From contig PAZH01000079.1 in NCBI GenBank assembly GCA_002716125.1, forward strand, positions 39,644 through 103,643: a DNA stretch of 64,000 bases. The letters are read 5' to 3'. Made by a program: the position numbers and the translations under genes. Positions within the stretch are counted from its first letter, which is position 1. Each line of letters starts with the position of its first letter. The notes beneath the pieces were generated by a model, which saw only the letters and a list, made by a program, of their open reading frames with translations, ran no database searches and was not told where the DNA came from. The stretch comes from Rhodospirillaceae bacterium. GTDB lineage: Bacteria; Pseudomonadota; Alphaproteobacteria; UBA8366. Positions 21,500 through 31,323 of the stretch are shown piece by piece.

Positions 21500-22416
21500 G
21501 CGTTTTTCTTAGACGGTAAATTGAGCGTGCTGGCCAGCGCCGTCGTGATCAGCAGCACTGCGACGCCTTCCTGCCAACCAACGCTTTCCCCCAGAATAAG
21601 GACACCCGACGTGATGCCGACCATCGGGACCGGCAGGAGGCTGATCGTAGCGATAGGGGCTGGGATCAGCTCGAGAATTTTTATCCAGAGGACGAAGCCG
21701 ATCATATTGCCGACCAAAACTGTGTAGGCGACGGCGCCGGCACCGTAGAGCGTGAACTCCGCGAAAGGGTCCCGGTCGAATATCGGTGCCAAGATCAGAA
21801 GCGGAATGCCGCCAAGGATCATCTGCCAGCCGGCGAGCACAAAGGACGGCGTGCGCCAGGTTCGCTTTTGCAAAGTTGCACCGATCGCAAAACAAACCGC
21901 GCCGCCCAAGATGGCGAGCACGCCGAAGGGCGATTCACCGAAGGCTTGGAAATCTCGGGCCGACAGGGCGGCGACGGCACACATCCCGCAAAAAAGGGCG
22001 AGGAAGCGGCGCATCGTGAGTTGATCTCGGCCCATTGCGTAGGCGATAAGGAACGCGAAGAGCGGATGCGTATAAGCGAGGATCGTCGCGCGGCCTGAAC
22101 TCAACATGGTGAGCCCAAGGCCCGAGAAATAGAACCAGCCCGTCACGTTGAAGAGGGCGCAGATGAAGGCGATGCGGATTTCTTCGCGGTATAGCCGAAG
22201 CTTGTGTCCCATAAAGGCGGCGAGCGAGAGCACGCCGATACCACTGAGTATCGCGGTCATCCAACGGAATGTCAGAACCGGTAATTCGACCACGCCGTAT
22301 TTCATAAGCGGCCAACCCGAGCCGAACGCAAGCGCAATCAGAAATAGCAGCAGGAATGCTTTTGGAGGAATTGTTATGTTTTCGTTGTCGGATTGCACGC
22401 CGTCGCCCTTTAACAT
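21460..22416 (-). CDS. DMT (EamA-type) family transporter
   Basis: About 10 hydrophobic segments arranged as two EamA-like halves. The Pro-rich C-terminal tail overlaps the convergent MarR-like gene by 40 nt. Confidence 0.8.
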   Translation of the reverse strand: MLKGDGVQSDNENITIPPKAFLLLFLIALAFGSGWPLMKYGVVELPVLTFRWMTAILSGIGVLSLAAFMGHKLRLYREEIRIAFICALFNVTGWFYFSGLGLTMLSSGRATILAYTHPLFAFLIAYAMGRDQLTMRRFLALFCGMCAVAALSARDFQAFGESPFGVLAILGGAVCFAIGATLQKRTWRTPSFVLAGWQMILGGIPLLILAPIFDRDPFAEFTLYGAGAVAYTVLVGNMIGFVLWIKILELIPAPIATISLLPVPMVGITSGVLILGESVGWQEGVAVLLITTALASTLNLPSKKNAQKNPTPPPPPKP

Positions 22417-22467
22417 CCGGGCGTCGCACTATAGGGAAGCGACGGAAGGCTACAATAGGCGACCGCG

Positions 22468-23166
22468 TCACGCTTTGTCGCGGGTGACCCCTGGCATTCC
22501 GAGGACGATATCCAATTCGCCCAACTTGGCGCGCGCATCGGGCGCGTTCTCGGTCGTTTGGAAATCGACGATTACCCGTTCCCGCGCGGCGTCGCTCGGT
22601 AGATTGCCGAGGAGAAAGTCACGTTTGTTTAACGCCTCTCCGGCGAAGTACATCTGTGTCGACCATGGGGAACCGCCTTCGGGAATAACCGCGAAATGAA
22701 TATGCGGCGGCCGCAGCCATTCCGAGCTGTCCGGATAAGGTGCGGGTTTGATGCTCCGGAAACGATAGTGTCCCTCCGGTCCCGTGAGGGTGTGGCCAAA
22801 GCCGAAAAAGTTCGGATCGAGCGGTAGATTCGAATTGGCGTGTCGCGGCTGGTTGTAGCGACCATAGGCGTTGGCCTGCCAGATCTCGATCCGCGCGTCC
22901 TTAATCGGTTTGCCGGTTTGATCGAGGAGGCGGCCGCGAATGTAGATGACCTCACCGTCCGCACGTGATTCCGGATCCTGGTGATAGAGTAGGTCGTTGT
23001 CGACAGAAAGCGGTTCCATCGGATGGTAGAACGGTCCGGCCGGTTGGCGTGTTGTGGCTTCGAGCCATGCGGCCATTGCTGGCCTGGTTGCGGCAAAGCC
23101 GAGGGCCGATGCCGCCATCAGGCCACCTGACCTGAGGATTTTTCGTCGTGAATATTCGGACGTCAT
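22468..23166 (-). CDS. intradiol ring-cleavage dioxygenase family protein with a Tat-type signal
   Basis: ATG at 23166 follows GAGGGA. It has the twin-arginine motif SRRKILRSG and an AMA cleavage site. The dioxygenase core includes RPPHIHF. Confidence 0.75.
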   Translation of the reverse strand: MTSEYSRRKILRSGGLMAASALGFAATRPAMAAWLEATTRQPAGPFYHPMEPLSVDNDLLYHQDPESRADGEVIYIRGRLLDQTGKPIKDARIEIWQANAYGRYNQPRHANSNLPLDPNFFGFGHTLTGPEGHYRFRSIKPAPYPDSSEWLRPPHIHFAVIPEGGSPWSTQMYFAGEALNKRDFLLGNLPSDAARERVIVDFQTTENAPDARAKLGELDIVLGMPGVTRDKA

Positions 23167-23265
23167 CGTTTCCCTCTGCCGTTTCACGGTTTAGTCTTGC
23201 GCCACTTCTTAATGTTACGTCGTCTGGTGGCGATTTCGCCACCCTGTCGCGGTAATGTGAACCGA

Positions 23266-24195
23266 ATGAATCTCAGCGCCCTTGGAAATTTGTCTCATCG
23301 TTTGAAATTGGTGGGGACGCTGCCGCCAAAGCTGGTGGCGGCAAAGATCGCCAAGCGTCTGCCGTGGTCCAATAAGCGCGCAGTACGGATCGCGGAAATC
23401 GTGCACTCGCCGAAGGACCGTGAAGCGGACCGCCTTCTTGGCTTCTTCCGGACGCAAGAAAGCTTTCTCGTCGAGAACGAGGGCTGGGCGCCGATCGATT
23501 TCACCGGCAGGAATGTGCTTGAGATCGGACCAGGTCCGCTCGGCGGTCTGTCCTTGATGGCGGTCTTTCGGGGTGCGGAACGGGTTTACGGTGTCGAGCC
23601 GGATTGGGTCGACGATGTGCTGACGGACCCGGCGATTGAAGATGCCTATTTGCGGCCCCATCATAACGTTCTCTCGGCGGCATTCGGCAATTTGATGGAT
23701 TATGCGACGTTCCGTACCAGGCTCGGTGAGCGGCTCAAGATCGATGCCGTCGGTTTGAGTGATGCGACCCCTGGATTTGCGGCCGATATCGTTTTGTCGA
23801 ACTCCTGTCTCGAGCACATCGGCGACTTGCCGGACGCGTTGTCGGCGCTGGTGGATTTTACCGCCGACGACGCACGGCACATGCACCTGGTCAATTTCGG
23901 CAACCACCGGGATCGGGAGGCGCCGTTTGCGACGATCTACGAAATGCCGCCTGATCAATACCGGTTAAAATACGGTGCGCACATCAATTTACTCCGCGCG
24001 AGCGACGTCTTTGCGGCGAGCGCATCCGCCGGTCTGGGCTTGTCCATGGCGATCGTCGACCAGCCTGTCGAAAAGGCGGAAGCCGTCGATCTGCATCCTT
24101 ACTGGCGCGATAATTACGAAATGGATGATCTGGCGGTACGGACCGCGCTATATTTCACCCCGATGAGCAACGAAACCGAAAGCCCGATCCCATGA
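23266..24195 (+). CDS. class I SAM-dependent methyltransferase
   Basis: SAM-binding motif VLEIGPGPLGG. The start is uncertain (TTG 23197, ATG 23212 or ATG 23266). Confidence 0.6.
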   Translation: MNLSALGNLSHRLKLVGTLPPKLVAAKIAKRLPWSNKRAVRIAEIVHSPKDREADRLLGFFRTQESFLVENEGWAPIDFTGRNVLEIGPGPLGGLSLMAVFRGAERVYGVEPDWVDDVLTDPAIEDAYLRPHHNVLSAAFGNLMDYATFRTRLGERLKIDAVGLSDATPGFAADIVLSNSCLEHIGDLPDALSALVDFTADDARHMHLVNFGNHRDREAPFATIYEMPPDQYRLKYGAHINLLRASDVFAASASAGLGLSMAIVDQPVEKAEAVDLHPYWRDNYEMDDLAVRTALYFTPMSNETESPIP

Positions 24196-24398
24196 GCCGT
24201 CGGCGTGGCGCCGTTCTGTTCGAGTTTATTCGCATCGGTGCCTATGTGAAGGTGATTGCGGTGGATGAGCGCACTGGCACAGAGGTGTCGATGGTGGGCG
24301 ATCCGTCGCGCAGCAGCGACTATCTAAAGAGGGTCGCCCTGCAAAAACTCGAACGCGTCATGGCCCGCAACGCAGAGAAGCCGAAAGATTTGTACTGA
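24192..24398 (+). CDS. small conserved protein of unknown function
   Basis: 68-aa ORF whose ATG overlaps the methyltransferase stop (ATGA). The core LFEFIRIGAYVKVIAVDERTGTEVSMVG resembles a small protein family conserved in Alphaproteobacteria (from memory; I am unsure of the family name). Confidence 0.5.
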   Translation: MSRRRGAVLFEFIRIGAYVKVIAVDERTGTEVSMVGDPSRSSDYLKRVALQKLERVMARNAEKPKDLY

Positions 24399-24409
24399 GC
24401 GGGAACGGG

Positions 24410-25621
24410 TTATTCGTCCTCCGCGACACCGATGACATTCGCCTCGAGCAACGCGTCGATTTCGTCATCGCCATAGCCGACTTCCCGGAGAATTTCACCG
24501 GTGTGTTCCCCCAACCGTGGCGGCAAGCGATGAATGCCCGCCGGTGACTCTGAAAAGCGGGTCGGGGGCCGTGCCTGTACGAGCGTGCCTTCCGTCGGAT
24601 GATCCAGCTCTTTGAACAGTTCGACCGCCTTTAGGTGCGGTTGCTCCGCGACTGCTTCGAGTTCTGTGAAGGCGGTATGCGGGACGTCGATTTCGAGCAA
24701 TAAGGCTTCCCATTCGGCGGTCGTCCGTTCCACCGCGATTTCGGCCATCTTCTTGTAGATGCGGTCTATATTGCGGCCGCGCTCGACCCTATCCTGTACC
24801 GCGAACTCTTCGATACACTCAGGGTGCCCGACCGCTTCGAAGAATGCGCACCAATTATCGCCTGAGTACGGCAGCATGGTAATCCAGCCGTCCTTCGTGC
24901 GCACGGGGCTGCGTTCTTGAACACGCTTGTAACGCGTCGGGCCGATCGGGGGCGAGAAGGCATGTCCGCCGAGCATCTCGATACTGTTGAACGCAGCGAG
25001 CGTTTCCATCATCGGTACCTCGACGCTTTGGCCTTCGCCGGTCCGCTCGCGATGAAGAAGGGCGGCGGAAATCGCCGAGCTTAAAGCCACAGCGCAGAGT
25101 TTATCCGCAACCAAACTCGGCACGAACGCCGGTTCCGCCTCAGTCCCCAGCGCGGACGCAAAACCGGAGGCCGCCTGAATGATTTCGTCGAAAGCGGGAC
25201 GTGCCCGCCACGGTCCGTCCTGACCAAATCCGGTGGCCGACGCATAGATCAGTTTAGGGTTTAGCGCTTTACAGTCTTCGTAAGAAAAACCAAGCCGTGC
25301 GAGCCCCGCCGGCCGGATATTGCTGACCAACACATCGGCTGTGCGGAGCAGGCGCTGCAGGACCGTCTTACCGTCCGGATGTTTGAGATCGAGCGCGATA
25401 CTCCGTTTGTTGCGATTGACGGCCATGAACTGGCCGCTCATGCCGCGGTTTCGAAACGGTCCGGCGGTTCGCCAAGTATCGCCGCTCAAACGTTCGATTT
25501 TGATGACGTCGGCGCCCCAGTCGCCAAGTGTTTGGCTTGCGTATGGACCGAAGAGAACGGTGGTTAGATCGAGGACTCGAAAACCGGCGAGCGGGCCCGT
25601 CGGATCGTTGGTGGTGGTCAT
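24410..25621 (-). CDS. CaiB/BaiF (family III) CoA-transferase
   Basis: The N-terminal motif GFRVLDLTTVLFGPYASQTLGDWGADVIKIE is diagnostic of the family. 403 aa. Confidence 0.9.
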   Translation of the reverse strand: MTTTNDPTGPLAGFRVLDLTTVLFGPYASQTLGDWGADVIKIERLSGDTWRTAGPFRNRGMSGQFMAVNRNKRSIALDLKHPDGKTVLQRLLRTADVLVSNIRPAGLARLGFSYEDCKALNPKLIYASATGFGQDGPWRARPAFDEIIQAASGFASALGTEAEPAFVPSLVADKLCAVALSSAISAALLHRERTGEGQSVEVPMMETLAAFNSIEMLGGHAFSPPIGPTRYKRVQERSPVRTKDGWITMLPYSGDNWCAFFEAVGHPECIEEFAVQDRVERGRNIDRIYKKMAEIAVERTTAEWEALLLEIDVPHTAFTELEAVAEQPHLKAVELFKELDHPTEGTLVQARPPTRFSESPAGIHRLPPRLGEHTGEILREVGYGDDEIDALLEANVIGVAEDE

Positions 25622-25743
25622 GCGTCAGAACTTCCTGTCAGTCGGCACCTGCTTAATCCGGTGGATTTCGCAGCAATGAATTTGGTGCGGCGACAGCTGG
25701 AGACCAGCGAAGAATTCGTTCTTTATTTCCTACGTGAGCGTTC

Positions 25744-27870
25744 TCATGACGGTATTTCGGTCGCTTTGCGGGCCAGCGCCTCAAGAGGCGTTTCCATTCG
25801 ACCGGCTTCGGCGAGGGCGGCTTTCCGGTCGACCGGGTAGGGGGTCTTGAACGTATCCGGCGGCGGCATGGCAGGGGCCGGATAGTAGGCCATTTTCTGG
25901 CGCGCCGGGTCGATATTGGCGCCGGGATCGAGGTCACGCCGATTGGTGCCGACTTGCGGTTCCACCGTGATCTCATCAACGACTTCGAGGTCGAGCCACC
26001 ATTTCTTGATCGTGTTGAGGCGGCCGTTACCGAGTCTGTCGTCCAGCCATGTGGCGAACGGCACCAGTATGGGCTTCAGCCACATCGCTTTGATACCGAG
26101 CCATGTTCCGATCTGTGCATAGAGCGGGCCGTCGAGCGTGACGACCTTGTTGAGCGGACAGGTCTTCATACAGCGCCCGCAGGCCGATCCTTTCATGTTG
26201 GTGACGCGGTAGCGGGCGCAGCGCTCGACATCCGGCTTCCACATCTCGTAGCCGTTGAACATCACTTTGCTGCCGAGCGGAATTGCATCGCAGGGGCATT
26301 CGCGGGCGCATTTAAAACAATTCTCGCAGAAGGTCTGCAGACCGAAGTCGATGGGCTTGTCGACCGCAAGTGGCATATCGGTGGTTAGAACCACCGACTT
26401 GAAGCGTGGACCGACGAACGGATTGAGGACGAGCTCGCCGATCCGACTGAGTTCGCCCAAGCCCGCTTGCAATATTAGGGGTATGTGCAAAAGGTCGCTG
26501 TCGCGGTTGGTTTGCGGGCGGGCCGGAAAGCCCAGATCGCGTAAATGCTCCGCCATAACGCCCGCGATCTCGGCACCCCGCAAGTATCCGCGCATGGATT
26601 GCAGGCCGGAAATCCAATCGTCGCCGCTTGCGCCTTCCATCGTGTCGTAACCTTGATCGATCAACATGACGACGGCGTATTTGTGTTTCTTGGGAATTGG
26701 CGTGCCGTCGGATTGGTGCGAGTACCACGCATAGTCTGGAATTTCGCAGATTCCGGTCAGGTCGGCGCCGAGCGCGTAGGAAAGGGACTTTAACGCGCGG
26801 GCGTTGGCTTCGGGGTCTTGCAATGTCGAGGTGTCGACTTCTGCCACGGGGCCATCCTGATAGGGGACCAACGCATTGATGAGTTCCCGGACGCAGCGCG
26901 AAGTCGGTGCTTTGTACGCGAAGCGCGTGATTTCGCGCTCGGCCTTCGCGCCAAGATCACCAAACCGTGCACGCTCGAAGAACGCTGCGCGCTTCGGTAC
27001 ACGCGGTACTTCGTCTTCGAGGATGAGCGTCGTCGGCTTTTCGACGCGTTTCACCCACTCCATCGGATAGCGGCTCATGTGAGACGGTCGTTTCGCGCGA
27101 CGACGCCATTCGAGACCGGAGACGGCACCCCCCGCACCGAGCCAATAGCTCAGGCCACGCGCATCCCTGGCCGAAGCTTTGAGTGGCGTATCCGTTGCCA
27201 GCGTGTAATCGGTTGTGACGACGGTGATGGAGAAGTCGTTATCGAGAAACGGGCTCGCAATTTGGCCGGTCGTCTCGTCGCGGATCGCCACGCCGGCCAG
27301 GACCGCCAAGCGTTCAAGGTCGACTTCGGTCGCCGAAACGACATGGGCGCGGGCCGACCAGCCGAGCAAGCGTATGTAGCTTGCCAGGCCAGCGCCGATT
27401 TCCGCCGCCCGGAGATTGCCGGGCAGGGACCCGGCCTCTTTGCACCACGCGCGCGCCGGATTGTTCGTCTCCGGCGAGCGTCCATGTTCGACGAGGACTG
27501 CGATAGCATGATCATGTGTCGGGCATGCGGTGTCGCCGATCCAGGCCCCGTCGCTCATCTTCGTAATGCCAACATGTGCCGCGTCGAGGAAGTAGACGAA
27601 GCCCTTTATGTCGGCGGCCCGGCGCGTCAAATCGTCAGGGACCGGCGCACGTTGTGCCGCAATCTCGCCATCGCGAAACGCCATGTAGAGATCGGTATAT
27701 TTCCGGGCGGCGGCGCCAAGACTATTCGTTACTTCTGACGCGCTATACGAAGGCGTTTTCGCGGGTCCACGCGCTTCTTCGCGCGCCCGCATGCCGGGAT
27801 CGCGCGCGAGGCGTTCCAGCGGGTAGGGCCCCAGATGTGTCGGCCGTTTCTTGGCTCCGGTAAACAGCAT
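25744..27870 (-). CDS. reductive dehalogenase family protein, non-respiratory NpRdhA-like type
   Basis: 708 aa with no Tat signal. It has two ferredoxin-type motifs, CENCFKCARECP and C-x12-CGRCMKTCP (nt 26155-26328). The IKG..FLDAAHVGIT-type segment occurs a second time as LKSLSYALGADLTGIC, which suggests a duplicated N-terminal module as in NpRdhA. No RdhB anchor gene is adjacent. Confidence 0.65.
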   Translation of the reverse strand: MLFTGAKKRPTHLGPYPLERLARDPGMRAREEARGPAKTPSYSASEVTNSLGAAARKYTDLYMAFRDGEIAAQRAPVPDDLTRRAADIKGFVYFLDAAHVGITKMSDGAWIGDTACPTHDHAIAVLVEHGRSPETNNPARAWCKEAGSLPGNLRAAEIGAGLASYIRLLGWSARAHVVSATEVDLERLAVLAGVAIRDETTGQIASPFLDNDFSITVVTTDYTLATDTPLKASARDARGLSYWLGAGGAVSGLEWRRRAKRPSHMSRYPMEWVKRVEKPTTLILEDEVPRVPKRAAFFERARFGDLGAKAEREITRFAYKAPTSRCVRELINALVPYQDGPVAEVDTSTLQDPEANARALKSLSYALGADLTGICEIPDYAWYSHQSDGTPIPKKHKYAVVMLIDQGYDTMEGASGDDWISGLQSMRGYLRGAEIAGVMAEHLRDLGFPARPQTNRDSDLLHIPLILQAGLGELSRIGELVLNPFVGPRFKSVVLTTDMPLAVDKPIDFGLQTFCENCFKCARECPCDAIPLGSKVMFNGYEMWKPDVERCARYRVTNMKGSACGRCMKTCPLNKVVTLDGPLYAQIGTWLGIKAMWLKPILVPFATWLDDRLGNGRLNTIKKWWLDLEVVDEITVEPQVGTNRRDLDPGANIDPARQKMAYYPAPAMPPPDTFKTPYPVDRKAALAEAGRMETPLEALARKATEIPS

Positions 27871-27915
27871 TACTTACACTTTTTGAACGGCGCTTAGCAT
27901 GAAGCGTAGCGGCTT

Positions 27916-28689
27916 CTATCGCAAATCGCCGAAATACTTCTTCATCAGCCGATCGCGGTGACCTTGTTCGATCGCCCAGCGCGTTCCGTAATTCAGGTCT
28001 TCGATGACTTTCGGTGAAAGATGTTTTGGGCCGGCGAGCCATAGTTCCTCTGTTGGAACCGGTTTGCCGATGACGATGCGTTTTCGCTGCGCTGGACTTA
28101 TACCTTCGAGCCGCTTTGTGAACTCGTGGATGGAGCCGAACCAGGCGTCGATGCGACCGCCGTCGAAGAATTTGATGATGCGATCCGGATTGCTGAAGCT
28201 GCGGATGTTCTCAAAACCGCGTTCTTCGAGCTCGACCTCGTAAGACGTCGCCCGATGGACGCCGATTGCGGAAAGCTTGCGGGCGTCTTCATACGAATTA
28301 ACCGCCCGGTCCAACGAGATGAAGGCGTTCTTCAACGTTAATTGGCGCACGATCCACGCAAAGTTATGCTCACGGCTTTCCAAGCGGGTAAAGCCGGAGA
28401 TCAAGGCGTTCTTTTCGGTACGCGCAAGCTTGATGGCGCGCGCCCACGGGACGACCTTTTGCTCTATCGAATACCCAGTCTTCTCACCGGCGATGCGCGC
28501 TAACTCCACAAGTATGCCAGGATTCGGCTCCTCGGCACCGGCAAAACCCGGGAAGCTGGCCGTATATAGTGTGAGCTTCTTTGGCGCCTCTGCGCTCGCT
28601 GTGTCGATGGGGCCGAGCAGGGAGGCCGCACAGATGATGCCGAGCCCGAAAAGCGTCCGTCGGATGAGCCTATTTGGAGCGCAAGTCAT
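27916..28689 (-). CDS. periplasmic solute-binding protein (family 3 type)
   Basis: Signal peptide (LFGLGIICAASLLGPIDTASA) followed by a bilobal SBP-like sequence of about 230 aa. No ABC permease or ATPase gene is adjacent. Confidence 0.7.
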   Translation of the reverse strand: MTCAPNRLIRRTLFGLGIICAASLLGPIDTASAEAPKKLTLYTASFPGFAGAEEPNPGILVELARIAGEKTGYSIEQKVVPWARAIKLARTEKNALISGFTRLESREHNFAWIVRQLTLKNAFISLDRAVNSYEDARKLSAIGVHRATSYEVELEERGFENIRSFSNPDRIIKFFDGGRIDAWFGSIHEFTKRLEGISPAQRKRIVIGKPVPTEELWLAGPKHLSPKVIEDLNYGTRWAIEQGHRDRLMKKYFGDLR

Positions 28690-28778
28690 GGAATATTCCC
28701 CAATCGTCGGAGTTATCGTTGTTCGCCGGACCTTTCATTACAGGTGTTCCTCGGGTGTCGTCCAGGGAGGCCCGCGCG

Positions 28779-30266
28779 TCACTTGCGTGGCTGGTAGCCC
28801 TTTGGCGGCCAGACGATAAGGGCGATAAGCGGATAGGCGAGCATCGAAATCCACAGGAATAGGTGGAATGAATTGATGTAGCCGATCGCCGTTGCTTGGC
28901 GGCTGACTTCGTCTGCCAAGCTGGCCAGACCCGGGGCCGTGTCGACGTTCCATTTTGCCGACAGGTCGGGCGCGCGCAGGCGCTCGCTAAACGGATTGAT
29001 CCACTGCACAAGGTCGCTGTAAGCGATTTTCTGCGTATGGAAGACGACGATAAAGCTAATGGATATGTAATAGCTGGACGCGATGCTCCGCATGAAGTGG
29101 AAGATTGCCATGCCCTCGGCCGAGCGGTGCGGGTCGAAGTTTGAAAAAGTAACCAAGGTCATCGGGACCCAGAGACATCCAACGCCGAATCCCTGCATGA
29201 TCATCATCCAGGTCAGGTCCGGCAGGGGCGCGTTCATATCGAGGTCGATCATGGCCCAGCCGGCATAGGTGTGGGTTCCAAAGCCGATCAAGAAGAGCGG
29301 CCGCGGATCCCACCGGTGCGCGAAGGCAATCATGAGAACTTGAGCCAGCATGGTGCCGAGGCTGCGCGCGCTGATCAGCAGTCCGGAAGTGAATTCGGGC
29401 ACGTCCCGAAGCTGTTGGATCATGGCCGGGATCATGACCATCGGCGTGACAAACAGCATGCCGAATACCGTGGTAATACCGATTCCGAGGAGGAAATTGC
29501 GCTCTAGAAACAGACGCAAATCGATGAAGGGGCGGTCGGCGGTCAAACTGTGCACCAGGAAGATCCAGCCGAATACGAGCGTGGCCGCAAACTCAAGGAT
29601 GATCTCGATGGAGTCGAACCAATCTTCGCGCTCGCCCCGGTCCAGCATGAGTTGGATGCAGGCGACACAGATGGCGAGGCTTAAGAAGCCGGTCCAGTCG
29701 AGTTTAGGACGGGCGCCGCGCGGCGGGTCGGGTTTGATGAACGCCAACACGCCGACGAGCGCGATGACGGCAATTGGGATCAGAATGAAAAAGACCCAAC
29801 GCCAGGAAATCTCTTCGCTGACATAGCCGCCGACCAAAGGTGCCAGCGTCGGCGCCACGCCGACGCCCATGCTGTAGATGGCCACCGCCACGCCGCGTTT
29901 CTCGCCGGTAAATTCGTCGATCACAACCGATTGCGATATCGGCGTCAGGGGCGAGCCGAACGCCGATTGCACCACCCGCCATATGACGAGCTCGGTTAGC
30001 GATGTCGAGAGACCGCACATGAGTGTCGCCGCCCCGAAACCGACAGTGCCCCACAGCATGCAGCGCCGCCGACCGAACCGGTCCGAAAGCCAGCCGGCGA
30101 GCGGAATCGTCACCGCTGTCGCGATTAAGTTGGCCGTCACGATCCACGCGATCTGATCGGGACTGGCCGACAACGCCCCTTGCATCTGGGGCAGCGAGAC
30201 ATTGGCGATCGTAATCGTGGTCGCATAGAGCGTCGTGACCAACGTACAGGTGATCAGAAGCAGCAC
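28779..30266 (-). CDS. MFS transporter, DHA2 (14-TM, EmrB-like) type
   Basis: The N-terminal region (TITIANVSLPQMQGALSASPDQIAWIVT) and the loop motif GWLSDRFGRRR are typical of DHA2 exporters. GTG start. Confidence 0.85.
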   Translation of the reverse strand: MLLLITCTLVTTLYATTITIANVSLPQMQGALSASPDQIAWIVTANLIATAVTIPLAGWLSDRFGRRRCMLWGTVGFGAATLMCGLSTSLTELVIWRVVQSAFGSPLTPISQSVVIDEFTGEKRGVAVAIYSMGVGVAPTLAPLVGGYVSEEISWRWVFFILIPIAVIALVGVLAFIKPDPPRGARPKLDWTGFLSLAICVACIQLMLDRGEREDWFDSIEIILEFAATLVFGWIFLVHSLTADRPFIDLRLFLERNFLLGIGITTVFGMLFVTPMVMIPAMIQQLRDVPEFTSGLLISARSLGTMLAQVLMIAFAHRWDPRPLFLIGFGTHTYAGWAMIDLDMNAPLPDLTWMMIMQGFGVGCLWVPMTLVTFSNFDPHRSAEGMAIFHFMRSIASSYYISISFIVVFHTQKIAYSDLVQWINPFSERLRAPDLSAKWNVDTAPGLASLADEVSRQATAIGYINSFHLFLWISMLAYPLIALIVWPPKGYQPRK

Positions 30267-30499
30267 TTTAAGTTCGCCTTAAACGCGGTCGGTGGTCATT
30301 TAAGCGGCCACAGCTCTCTTGGGTTGTTCGACGCGACACGGACAATCCGTGCGGATGCGTAAACAGACGTAGGTCCAAAGCCGATATTACAAACGGAAAT
30401 CGTCCAGCCGGTCTCCGCAAAGGGCGATCGTTCTTGTCGACTTGCGAAGAAATGACCGTCTCCTACCTTGCTCGACAGATAATACCGGGAGGACGGCCA

Positions 30500-31267
30500 A
30501 TGAGGTTCGAAGGCAAGACAGCTGTGATAACGGCGGCGGGGGCTGGGATCGGCCGGGCCACGTCGGACATTTTGGTGAAGGAGGGCGCGACCGTCGTCGC
30601 GGTCGAAATCGATCCGGGCAGGATCGATAAGATGACGACCGAGTTGGCCGGCGAAGCGGGAACCGTCGACGGACGTTCTATCGACGCGATGGACGAAGGG
30701 CAGGTTCGTGCGTTGATCGCGGATGTGGAGGCCAAGTATGGCAGCATCGATCTCTTGGTGAACGGTGTCGGCGGCAGCACCATCGTTGAAGACCCAAGTA
30801 TGACCATCGACGAGATGAGTTTTGACGATTGGCAGAAGCTGATCGACTTCAATCTCAGCGCCACGTTTCTGTTTTGCAACACGGTCATCCCCGGCATGAA
30901 GAAAGCCGGGAGCGGTAAGATTGTGAGCCTCGCTTCAATCGCCGGTCGGGGGCTCAGCCTCAACAGCAGTTCCGCTTACGCGGCCGCGAAGGGCGGTATC
31001 ATTGCGTTGACGCGAAAACTCTCCATTGAGCTTGGTCCCTTCGGCATCAACGTGAACGCGATCGCGCCAAGCTTGACCCTGACGGAGCGCTTGATGCCGC
31101 ATTGGGAGAAGCGCAGTGCGGAGAGCCAGGCCGCCGAAATCGAGAAGGTGCCGCTGAGACGTGTCGCGACCGCGCGCGATCAGGCAGGTGTCATCGCCTT
31201 CTTGCTGTCGAGCGACGCGGATTTCGTGACCGGATTGACCATCGATGTGACGGGTGGCCTCTCATAA
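30500..31267 (+). CDS. SDR family oxidoreductase
   Basis: ATG at 30500 follows GGGAGGA. TAVITAAGAGIGRA cofactor motif and YAAAKGG catalytic Y-x3-K. Confidence 0.9.
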   Translation: MRFEGKTAVITAAGAGIGRATSDILVKEGATVVAVEIDPGRIDKMTTELAGEAGTVDGRSIDAMDEGQVRALIADVEAKYGSIDLLVNGVGGSTIVEDPSMTIDEMSFDDWQKLIDFNLSATFLFCNTVIPGMKKAGSGKIVSLASIAGRGLSLNSSSAYAAAKGGIIALTRKLSIELGPFGINVNAIAPSLTLTERLMPHWEKRSAESQAAEIEKVPLRRVATARDQAGVIAFLLSSDADFVTGLTIDVTGGLS

Positions 31268-31323
31268 CTGAATAGGGGGGCGGCGACCCAGATCAAGACG
31301 GGCGCGTGAAGTGCCGTCTCGAT

